Shown: positions 46,023 to 54,101 of the stretch, one piece after another | How the letters are laid out: each line of letters opens with the position of its first letter | Numbering within the stretch: position 1 is the stretch's first letter | Assembly (NCBI GenBank): GCA_964497495.1 | Contig: CAZCCZ010000002.1 | Location: 72,134-136,133 of the forward strand | Origin: an uncultured Oscillospiraceae bacterium | GTDB taxonomy: Bacteria > Bacillota > Clostridia > Christensenellales > Aristaeellaceae | DNA: 64,000 nucleotides | Direction of reading: 5' to 3' | Made by a program: the position numbers and the translations under genes | Notes under the pieces: model-generated | Database searches by the model: none | What the model saw: only the letters and a program-made list of their open reading frames with translations | What the model was told of the DNA's origin: nothing

Positions 46023-47372
46023 TTAATTCACGCCGGCCGTGATAGCGGCGTCGCCTTCGGACTTGATGCTCGCCAGAGCGTCCTCGGGCGCCATCTCGCC
46101 GGTGAAGACGAGGGTCATGTACTTGCGAACGGCTTCGTTAATCGTTACCTGGCCGACGCTGATGGTGTTGTCCTTGCTGACCAGGCTGCGGTCGCGGGCC
46201 ATCACGCTCATGGCCATGTCGTAATCCAGGCCCGGCTTCTCCGAGAAGATGATCTTGTTGAAAGCTTCTTTTTCTTCAGCGGTCTTCAGCTGATAGCCGG
46301 GATGCATGCCCTTGTTGCCCGCGAACAGTTCCGCGTGCGTGAGGGTCAGGTACTTGAGCGCTTCCCAGGAAGCCTGGGCGTCCGGAGCGCTGGCCGGGAT
46401 GCTGGCGGTAGACGTGTAGCAGGTGGTCACGGTCGCGCCGCCGTCGACGGTGGGCATATCCGCAAGGCCGATGTCCGTTCCCTCGGGGATTTCGCCGTAG
46501 CTGGACTTGAGGTACAGGCAGCCGTACACGGGGGCGACCCACATCGCGTACTTACCGTTGTACAGGCCGGCCATACCGGTGGGATCCTTGTAGTACTGCA
46601 GCGCCATGTAATCGGCGTAGGGAACCACGCACTTGTCTTCCATCGCGAGCTTATAGAAGAAGTTCAGGCTGTCCTTCATTTCCTGGGTGTCGAAGGTCGT
46701 GGCGGTAAGGTCGCTGGTGTAATAGGCGAAGGTGCCGAGTTTCTGCCGGGCGATCGTATCCCAGTAGTTGTCCCCGTCGCCGTCGCACAGGTCCATCATC
46801 GCGCCGTACACTTTATCGGCGCCTTCGCCGTGCGTGAGCTTGATGGCCGTCTGGCGGAAGTCTTCCCACGTCCAGCCCTCGGAGGGGTAAGCGACGCCGG
46901 CTTCGTCGAACATCTTCTTGTTGAACCAGACCATATTGATGTTGTTGCAATACGGAATGGCGTAGTAGTCGCCGTTGATGTTCATCGTCTTCTCGATGGA
47001 GGGGCCCATGATGTCTTCGTAGGTCCAACCCTCCTGGTCAAAGAACTGCTTCAGGCCCATGTATACGCTGTCGTCCGCGCGGGTGCGCAGATCCATCGCG
47101 CTGGCCTGCGTCATCACGTTGATCGGCTCGCCGGAGGACAGCGCCGTGTTGATGGTCAGCGTGGCGGCGTCCGCCAGCTTCTCATAAACCATTTCGTACT
47201 TACCGGCGAAATCGGTGTTAAACTGCGATACGAGCGCCTCCAGGTTGGCGGGGTTGGTCCACGCGTACAGATGAACCGTCTCGGGGGTTCCGGACGCCAG
47301 CGCGCCGGAGGTCAGGGTGCATAAAAGAATCAGCGACAAGAGGATCGATGTGAGTTTCCTTGAATTTCTCAT
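46023..47372 (-). CDS. CUT1 extracellular solute-binding protein
   Basis: ATG 47372 follows SD GAAGGAG. Signal peptide MRNSRKLTSILLSLILLCTLTSGALA. Confidence 0.85.
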   Translation of the reverse strand: MRNSRKLTSILLSLILLCTLTSGALASGTPETVHLYAWTNPANLEALVSQFNTDFAGKYEMVYEKLADAATLTINTALSSGEPINVMTQASAMDLRTRADDSVYMGLKQFFDQEGWTYEDIMGPSIEKTMNINGDYYAIPYCNNINMVWFNKKMFDEAGVAYPSEGWTWEDFRQTAIKLTHGEGADKVYGAMMDLCDGDGDNYWDTIARQKLGTFAYYTSDLTATTFDTQEMKDSLNFFYKLAMEDKCVVPYADYMALQYYKDPTGMAGLYNGKYAMWVAPVYGCLYLKSSYGEIPEGTDIGLADMPTVDGGATVTTCYTSTASIPASAPDAQASWEALKYLTLTHAELFAGNKGMHPGYQLKTAEEKEAFNKIIFSEKPGLDYDMAMSVMARDRSLVSKDNTISVGQVTINEAVRKYMTLVFTGEMAPEDALASIKSEGDAAITAGVN

Positions 47373-47827
47373 ACAGCACACTCCTTCTTTGTTATGGGGA
47401 ACCGTGGATTAACCAATTAACGCATGATCGTCTCCCGATATGATACATCCTCCTCTCTCGTTACGGAAGACGGATGATGCTTGGTTCACATAGTGAAATT
47501 CAATTTCATTCGTAACCCCATGATATCATAATCAGCGGAATAATCAAGACTTTTACCAAAATAAACATCGAAATCTCGCACAAGCGAACGGAAAGGGAGC
47601 GCCACGCGGAGACGGAAAACGTCGCCGGCTCCCGCGGGTACGCGCCGCCCGGTCTGCGTCGGTTTACGACGTACCGATCGCGCCGCCGCCTTCTTTCCAC
47701 GCCGTCCAACGCTCATCTCCTTCAAATGGCGGCCGTTCTTCCCGCCGCCCGCCGCCGCGGGCCGCCGGGAAACCGGAGGCTCCGCGCGCCCGCCGGTTTT
47801 TCGGACACCGGCCCAGTGAACTCTGTT

Positions 47828-48769
47828 TTACGGATTCACCACGTTCTGCGCGTCGCCCTGAAGGAACGAAGCGAGGTTGCTTACGGCGACATCCATCAGC
47901 CGTTGGCGGGATTCCTTGGGCGCCCACGCGATGTGGGGGGTGATCAGGCAGTTCGGAAGCCCCAGCAGCGGGTTGTCGGCGCGTATGGGTTCCTGGGATA
48001 CGACGTCCACGGCGGCCGCGTATACCCGCTGGCTTTGAAGCGCTTCCCGCAGGTCCGCCTCGTTGATCAGGGGCCCGCGGGACGTGTTGATGAGGATCAC
48101 GCCTTTTTTCATTTTGGCAATCGTCGCGCGGTTGATCATGCCCTGCGTGTCCGGCAGAAGGGGGCAATGCAGGGTAATAATATCGCTCTGGGCAAGCAGT
48201 TCGTCCAGAGACACCATTTCGGGGGCGCTTACTTGCGTGTCGTACGCGATCACGCGAAGGCCGAAGCCTTTGGCGATGGCGGCCGTCGCCCGGCCGATGC
48301 GTCCGTAGCCGATGATGCCCATGGTTTTACCGGCCAACTCGATTAGCGGATAATCCCAGAAGCAGAAATCCCGGCTGCTGGTCCAGCGACCCTGCTGCAC
48401 CTGCCGGTCGTGGTGCGCCACGTGGTGGCAGATTTCCAGAAGCAACGCGAACACATACTGCGCGACCGCGGCCGTGCCGTACGTGGGTATGTTCGTCACG
48501 GGGATGCCGCGTTTCCTGGCTGCGGCCGTATCCACGACGTTGTAGCCGGTCGCCAGGACGCCGATGAAACGTAAGTCTTTCGCGTTCCCGATGGTTTTGG
48601 CGTCCAGCGGCGTCTTGTTGGTGTATACCGCCTCCGCGCCCTTTATACGCTCCGCGATCTGCTCCGGCAGGGTATGCTCGTAGACCGTCAGGTCGCCGAG
48701 CGCTTTCAGCCCGTCCCAGGACAAATCCCCTGGGTTCAGCGTGTATCCGTCCAGAACCACAATTTTCAT
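47828..48769 (-). CDS. D-isomer-specific 2-hydroxyacid dehydrogenase (glycerate/hydroxypyruvate reductase-like)
   Basis: MKIVVLDG start with SD GGGAGG. NAD motif GIIGYGRIGRA, and C-terminal ITPHIAW. Confidence 0.85.
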   Translation of the reverse strand: MKIVVLDGYTLNPGDLSWDGLKALGDLTVYEHTLPEQIAERIKGAEAVYTNKTPLDAKTIGNAKDLRFIGVLATGYNVVDTAAARKRGIPVTNIPTYGTAAVAQYVFALLLEICHHVAHHDRQVQQGRWTSSRDFCFWDYPLIELAGKTMGIIGYGRIGRATAAIAKGFGLRVIAYDTQVSAPEMVSLDELLAQSDIITLHCPLLPDTQGMINRATIAKMKKGVILINTSRGPLINEADLREALQSQRVYAAAVDVVSQEPIRADNPLLGLPNCLITPHIAWAPKESRQRLMDVAVSNLASFLQGDAQNVVNP

Positions 48770-48844
48770 CTTTTTGCCTCCCGCCTCTATTGCGCATGGG
48801 AATCGCATATGTTACCATGGGAAAAAACCAAGAGAAGGAATTCT

Positions 48845-49624
48845 ATGGCGTCGAAATTGTTTAAGTCCAACCAGTCCGTGGAAAAGGTGCTCCAAATCAT
48901 CGAATGTCTGGCAAAAAACGGGGAACCGATGCGGCTGAACGATTTATCCCAGCGTATCGGCATGCCGGACAGCACGGTGCTGCGGATCCTGAACACGTTG
49001 GTGCAGAAGGGGTACGCCTATCAGGAAGAAAACACTCACCGGTACGGGCTGACCCTCCGCATTTCCTCCATCGGGCAAATGGTCAGCAGTACGCTGCATA
49101 TCCGCGATATCGTGAAACCCTATCTGAAACGGCTGAGCGTCCTTTCCGGGGAATCGGCCTGCCTGACCATCGAAGAGGGGATGGAGGTCATTTACATCGA
49201 CGTGGAGGACGGGGTAGACGGGATGCTGAAGATCATGCAGCGTATCGGCAAACGCGCTCCCCTGCACGCGACGGGCGTCGGCAAAATCTTTCTGACGCAG
49301 TACTCGCAGGAACAGATGCAGCGCCTGCTCACCGAGAAAGGGCTGGTTCCGCTTACGGCGCACACGCTGACGACTGTGGAAGCGTTGACGGCGGAGGTGC
49401 AAAAGATCAGGGAGCAGGGATACGCGATCGACGACGAGGAGTGCGAGCTGGGGGCTCGCTGCGTGGCCGCGCCCCTGTACAGCTACGATAACAAAATCAT
49501 CGCTGCCATCAGCATCACCGGGCCGTCGTTACGCATCGACGACGGGAAGCTGGACCAACTCCGCCAGCTCGTCATCGAAACGGCGCAGACCGTCAGCCTA
49601 CAGCTGGGCTACAACCCTTCCTGA
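48845..49624 (+). CDS. IclR family transcriptional regulator
   Basis: N-terminal wHTH VEKVLQIIECLAKNGEPMRLNDLSQRIGMPDSTVLRILNTL and C-terminal IclR effector domain (GYAIDDEE, AISITGP). Confidence 0.9.
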   Translation: MASKLFKSNQSVEKVLQIIECLAKNGEPMRLNDLSQRIGMPDSTVLRILNTLVQKGYAYQEENTHRYGLTLRISSIGQMVSSTLHIRDIVKPYLKRLSVLSGESACLTIEEGMEVIYIDVEDGVDGMLKIMQRIGKRAPLHATGVGKIFLTQYSQEQMQRLLTEKGLVPLTAHTLTTVEALTAEVQKIREQGYAIDDEECELGARCVAAPLYSYDNKIIAAISITGPSLRIDDGKLDQLRQLVIETAQTVSLQLGYNPS

Positions 49625-49635
49625 CGCCGCCGGGA

Positions 49636-50544
49636 TCAGACGAGTTCCCAGGCTTCGTTGAGAAAACGCTTCGCTCCGGCCAGCACCATATCGCTGTCCT
49701 CATCGCCCCAGGGCTTGACCTCGAAAGCCACTACGGGGCGTTTTTCACGCGCGATATATCCGACGTCCATCAGCTTGCGCAGGAAGCTTGCCAGCAGCTT
49801 CCGGTCTACCACGCTGTTTTCAAAATCGAAACGCGGGTGCTGGTCGCCGTAGGCGGGAGCGCCTTTCGTAAGCACGGAATTGGCGATGTGCACGTGGCGG
49901 ATGTAGGGAACGACGGGGTCGATGCTCTGGTCGAGCGTTTCGTGCAGCTGCGTGATGTGGCTCAGGTCGATCATCAGCCCGAAGTTGGGGAATTCCTGCG
50001 ACACTTCTTTGGCGAAACGGGCGGCGCGGGAGGCGGGCCCGATCAGCGCGCATTTTTCCACGTCGTAATCGAACACTTCCAGATACACCTGCAAATCGCC
50101 TTTCTGCTGTGCGTAGCCGCAGATTTCGCGGGTGCTTTTCAGCAACTGCCGGTAGGCTTCCTCTTCCCGGCCCGCCTCGAACCTGCCGGACAGGTACCCG
50201 ACGGCGGAAGCGCCGATTTCGTACGCTTCGTCGATGCAGGCGAGCACGCGGGAAAGCGCCGCCTGCCGTTCCTTTTCGTCGAGGCTGTTCAGGTTTTCCT
50301 TGTTGCGCAGCAACTGGGGCTGCGCGCCGAAGCCCAGCGTCATGCCGGCTTGCCTTGCGTAGCGGCCCACCAGCGCCCGCTGCTGCGCATCCGCGATGTG
50401 CGTGACCTCTATGGCGTCGAAATAGGGGTCGTCCATAACCTTTTTCACGCTGGAGAGGATGTCTCCTTCTCCGGTCATCGCCGCGGGATAGGCCATAAAA
50501 TGCACAAGACCGACTTTGATCGACCGATGAAGATCCGTATTCAC
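49636..50544 (-). CDS. sugar phosphate isomerase/epimerase (xylose-isomerase-like TIM barrel)
   Basis: AP_endonuc_2-like pattern (YLEVF, IDLSHI, HVHIAN metal ligands). Not clearly Hyi. Confidence 0.6.
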   Translation of the reverse strand: MNTDLHRSIKVGLVHFMAYPAAMTGEGDILSSVKKVMDDPYFDAIEVTHIADAQQRALVGRYARQAGMTLGFGAQPQLLRNKENLNSLDEKERQAALSRVLACIDEAYEIGASAVGYLSGRFEAGREEEAYRQLLKSTREICGYAQQKGDLQVYLEVFDYDVEKCALIGPASRAARFAKEVSQEFPNFGLMIDLSHITQLHETLDQSIDPVVPYIRHVHIANSVLTKGAPAYGDQHPRFDFENSVVDRKLLASFLRKLMDVGYIAREKRPVVAFEVKPWGDEDSDMVLAGAKRFLNEAWELV

Positions 50545-50556
50545 GCGAATGCCTCC

Positions 50557-52236
50557 TTATTCCTCGGGCGCGAAGCTCTTGACCATATCCAGGCGGCCGC
50601 CCATATCGCAGAACTGCTCCGGCTGGCAGACCACGTCGATCACGTAGGTTTTTCCGCTTTCCTTGGCGCGCTTCAGCGCGGCCGTCAGCTCGTCCGGCGT
50701 ATGCACGCGCTCGGCCATGCAGCCGTAACCCTGCGCGACCTTCACGTAATCCACCCGACCGTCCTGGTTGTAGGGCATTGCCACCGCGTATTCGTAACCG
50801 TAGGCGGTGCGCTGGTTTTCGCAAATCAGCCCCAGGTAGGCGTTATTCACGATCACGGCGATGACGGGCTTTTTGAACACGGAGGATACGGCGAGCTCCT
50901 CCCCCATGAAGGTGAAGCCGAAATCGCCCAGCACGGTTACGCTGTAGGCTTTGGAATCGGCGACTTTCGCCCCGAACGCCGCGGGAATTTCGTAGCCCAG
51001 CGTGCCTGCGCCGCCGGAGGGCAGGTACCGACGGGGAACGTTGATCTCCTGCAGCTGGCCGGACCAAATCTGCGTGTTGCCGCAGCCGACGGTGAACATG
51101 GTTTGCTCGTCGAAGGCGCGGTTCACTTCCCGGAAGACGCGGTGCGGAAGGATGGGCACCTGGTCGTAATCCGTTTTCCGTGCCAGTTGCTTGCGAAGCC
51201 CGGCGATCCCGGCGGCGCGAGCGGGATTCACGGGCTTCATCCCCTTGCGTTTCGCCTGCGCCAGCAGCTCGTCCACCGCCAGCTTCGCGTCGGACACGAT
51301 GCCCAGATCCGGCTGGAACACCTTGCCGATCTGAGCCGGTTCGATGTCAATATGGATGAATTTGCGGCCCTGGCGGTATACGCCCAGATCCCCGGTGTGA
51401 CGGTCGGAGAAACGGCAGCCGATGCCCAAAATCAGATCGGATTCCAAGAAAACCTTGTTGCCGATCGGCTGGCCGACCTGAATGCCCGCGTGGCCGGCGT
51501 TGAGCGGGTGGTTGAGCGGAATGCCGCCCTTGGCCATAAAGGTGGTGATGACGGGAAGCTGCAGGTATTCGGCGAAGGCGACGACGTCCGCCTCGCACTC
51601 GGCCAGCGTGCAGCCGCCGCCCATGATGATGGCGGGCGCCTTGGCCTCGTTCAGCATTTTCAGCGCTTCGGCAATCTTCGCGGGGTCGGGCGCGGGCTTG
51701 ACGACCGGCGCCGGCTCGTACGCATTAATATCGAAATCAATGTCGGCCGTCTGCACGTCCAGAGGCAGATCCAGCAGCACGGGGCCCGGCTTGCCGCTGC
51801 GCATTAAATAGAACGCTTCCTTCATCACGGCGGGCAGGTCTTTGGGCTCGGTCAGGCAATAGGTCTTCTTGGCGACCGGGGCGCAAATGGTGGCGATGTC
51901 CACGCACTGGAAAACGTCCATTTTCAGCTGCCAGGTTTTCGCCTGCCCGGTGATGGCCAGCAGGGGGATGGAATCGATGTTGGCCGTGTAAACGCCGGTT
52001 ACGAAGTTGGTCGCGCCCGGGCCGGAGGTGCAAATGGCCAGGGCGATTTTATGGCTCGCGCGGTAATACCCGTCCGCCGCGTGCGTGCAGGCTTCTTCGT
52101 GCCGCATGCAGTAATGGTCGATCGGGGCTTTCTCTAAATACTGATAAACGGGGTTGATCCCCGCGCCGGGGATTCCAAAAGCGTCGGTGATCCCCTCTTT
52201 TACTAAAATTTGAACTAAGGCCTCTGCGACTTTCAT
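50557..52236 (-). CDS. thiamine-diphosphate enzyme, glyoxylate carboligase/acetolactate synthase-like
   Basis: GIPGAGINPVY, TSGPGATN, LMRSGKPGPVLLDLPLDVQ, and C-terminal GDFGF...NN ThDP motif. The N-terminal blocks parallel Gcl. Confidence 0.75.
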   Translation of the reverse strand: MKVAEALVQILVKEGITDAFGIPGAGINPVYQYLEKAPIDHYCMRHEEACTHAADGYYRASHKIALAICTSGPGATNFVTGVYTANIDSIPLLAITGQAKTWQLKMDVFQCVDIATICAPVAKKTYCLTEPKDLPAVMKEAFYLMRSGKPGPVLLDLPLDVQTADIDFDINAYEPAPVVKPAPDPAKIAEALKMLNEAKAPAIIMGGGCTLAECEADVVAFAEYLQLPVITTFMAKGGIPLNHPLNAGHAGIQVGQPIGNKVFLESDLILGIGCRFSDRHTGDLGVYRQGRKFIHIDIEPAQIGKVFQPDLGIVSDAKLAVDELLAQAKRKGMKPVNPARAAGIAGLRKQLARKTDYDQVPILPHRVFREVNRAFDEQTMFTVGCGNTQIWSGQLQEINVPRRYLPSGGAGTLGYEIPAAFGAKVADSKAYSVTVLGDFGFTFMGEELAVSSVFKKPVIAVIVNNAYLGLICENQRTAYGYEYAVAMPYNQDGRVDYVKVAQGYGCMAERVHTPDELTAALKRAKESGKTYVIDVVCQPEQFCDMGGRLDMVKSFAPEE

Positions 52237-52262
52237 TTCAAGCCCTCCATTTCATTAAGTGA

Positions 52263-52281
52263 AATCATCTTTCACTATCAA
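52263..52281. promoter_or_regulatory. perfect inverted repeat AGTGAAA-5-TTTCACT (candidate IclR operator)
   Basis: Lies immediately downstream of the -10 box of the minus-strand promoter. Confidence 0.4.
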
Positions 52282-52287
52282 TATTTT

Positions 52288-52316
52288 AAACCGATCCGAA
52301 AACTTTGTCAACTTGT
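52288..52316 (-). promoter_or_regulatory. promoter TTGACA-17-TAAAAT for the ThDP-enzyme/TIM-barrel operon
   Basis: Minus strand: TTGACA aagttttcggatcggtt TAAAAT. Confidence 0.6.
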
Positions 52317-52429
52317 TTATCGTTTTTTAACAAAAACTCTATGATGTTCTATTCTCTTTCGCCGGGGCGGGATCTCCGGAAACCGGGCAAAGGGGAGATG
52401 CCGAAATGAAATATGGTTTCATTTACATC

Positions 52430-52458
52430 TTGATCTTTTTTGGCCCCGCCCCTATAAT
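52430..52458 (+). promoter_or_regulatory. promoter TTGATC-17-TATAAT upstream of the larA-like gene
   Basis: TTGATC ttttttggccccgcccc TATAAT. Leaves a ~185-nt GC-rich leader. Confidence 0.55.
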
Positions 52459-52645
52459 AACCGGGAATCCTTTTCCCTGGCGCGATGCATCCTGCGGACA
52501 CCGGACGGACCGGCCCGAACGGCGGCGCCTTGCCGGAAAACGGGTTTCCCCAACGGCGGGAAAAGCCCCCGAAGCGGAACGCCGCGCTGAAAGCGGGCGC
52601 TCCCGTCCACCGTCTAACCGCTTGTTTGATTGAAAGGGCGTTGTT

Positions 52646-53920
52646 ATGCTCCTGTCTCTTCCGTACGATCTGGGGTACCAAAGCGTGGAACTGCCGGACG
52701 CGCGTGTGCGGGCGGTGCTGACGCCCGGCGCCGCGCCGAAAACGGACGCCTCGCAGGACGAAACGGTCGCCGAGGCACTGAGCCATCCGCTGGACAGCCC
52801 GCCGCTTTCCGTTTTATCGAAAAACGCGAAGCGTGTGCTGGTCATTTCCAGCGACCATACGAGGCCGGTTCCCAGCGGCGTCCTCATGCCGCGGCTCCTT
52901 CGGGAGATCCGGGCGGGCAATCCCCGCGCCGAAATTAAAATTCTCATTTCCACCGGCTGCCACCGCCCCAGCACCCGCGAGGAGCTGTTGCGGAAATTCG
53001 GGCCGGATATCGTGAACGAGGAAGAAATCGTCAACCACGACAGTACGGACGCGGACGGGATGATCGATTTGGGCGTTCTGCCGTCCGGCGGAAGGCTGCG
53101 GGTGAACCGGCTGGCGGCCTGGGCGGATCTGGTGGTAGGGGAGGGGTTCATCGAGCCCCACTTTTTCGCGGGCTTTTCCGGCGGCAGAAAAAGCATCCTG
53201 CCCGGTATAGCCTCGGCGGAAACGGTGCTTTATAACCATTGCGCTCCGTTCATCGCAGACCCGAAGGCGAGGACGGGCATTTTACAGGGCAACCCCATCC
53301 ACCGGGATATGCTTTACGCGGCGAAGGCGGCCAACCTCGGCTTCATCCTCAACGTGGCGCTGGACGAGCGAAAGCGGATTATCGGCGCGTGGGCGGGGAA
53401 TTTTCAAACGGCGCACGAGGCGGGCTGCGCCTTCGTACGGGAACACAGCTCCGTGCCCGCCGTGCCGGGGGACGTCGTGCTGACGTCCAACGGAGGCTAT
53501 CCGCTGGATCAGAACGTCTACCAGGCGGTCAAGTGCATGACCGCGGCGGAAAGCTGCGTACGGCGGGACGGCGTGATCATCGTATCGGCGGCCTGCCGGG
53601 ACGGCGCTGGCGGGGGGAACTTCTTCCGGCAGTCCAGTCAAAACCTGAGCCCGTCGGAGATTCTGAATCAAATCCGGGCGGTGCCCCCCGACCGGACGGA
53701 ACCCGACCAGTGGCAGACGCAGATTCTGATGCGCGTGCTGACCAAAGCCCGCGTGATCATGGTTACGGACCCGTCCCTGAAGGAGACGGTCGAAAAGATG
53801 CACATGGCCTACGCGCCCACGCTGGAGGCGGCGGTTCGGGCGGCCGAACGCACGGCGCCCGGCGGGCGGTACGTCGCCATCCCCGACGGCGTTTCCGTGA
53901 TCGTCCGGGAAGATGTCTGA
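52646..53920 (+). CDS. LarA-like nickel-pincer-dependent 2-hydroxyacid racemase/epimerase family protein
   Basis: ISSDHTRPVP, EPHFFAGFSGGRKSILPG and GGYPLDQNVYQAVKCM blocks match the LarA/DUF2088 family. Confidence 0.7.
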   Translation: MLLSLPYDLGYQSVELPDARVRAVLTPGAAPKTDASQDETVAEALSHPLDSPPLSVLSKNAKRVLVISSDHTRPVPSGVLMPRLLREIRAGNPRAEIKILISTGCHRPSTREELLRKFGPDIVNEEEIVNHDSTDADGMIDLGVLPSGGRLRVNRLAAWADLVVGEGFIEPHFFAGFSGGRKSILPGIASAETVLYNHCAPFIADPKARTGILQGNPIHRDMLYAAKAANLGFILNVALDERKRIIGAWAGNFQTAHEAGCAFVREHSSVPAVPGDVVLTSNGGYPLDQNVYQAVKCMTAAESCVRRDGVIIVSAACRDGAGGGNFFRQSSQNLSPSEILNQIRAVPPDRTEPDQWQTQILMRVLTKARVIMVTDPSLKETVEKMHMAYAPTLEAAVRAAERTAPGGRYVAIPDGVSVIVREDV

Positions 53921-54029
53921 CGACCGCCGCCGTCCGGATCGCTGAAAAAGGCCCGGCTGCGGGGTGGCAAGGGGTATCACATACAGGGAAGAAAGCCGAC
54001 GGCTACCGCCGTCCGGATCGCACCATAAA

Positions 54030-54059
54030 AATCGCCGGAGGCCTGAGCCCCCGGCGATT
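54030..54059 (-). terminator. terminator after fucI (convergent with the larA-like gene)
   Basis: Minus strand: AATCGCCGG-12 nt-CCGGCGATTTTTA. Confidence 0.6.
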
Positions 54060-54101
54060 CTTATTGCTTCCCCGTTTTCGCCGCATCCGGCGATCCCGTT
54101 C

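Noticed and set aside
47382-47827. AT-rich patch and a plus-strand hairpin plus T-run (about 47770-47800) between the SBP gene and the dehydrogenase gene. Considered as a small RNA or foreign insert.
   Set aside because: The patch is consistent with an ordinary promoter region for the minus-strand transporter operon. The hairpin stem is short (6 bp), and no plus-strand promoter or ORF supports a separate feature.
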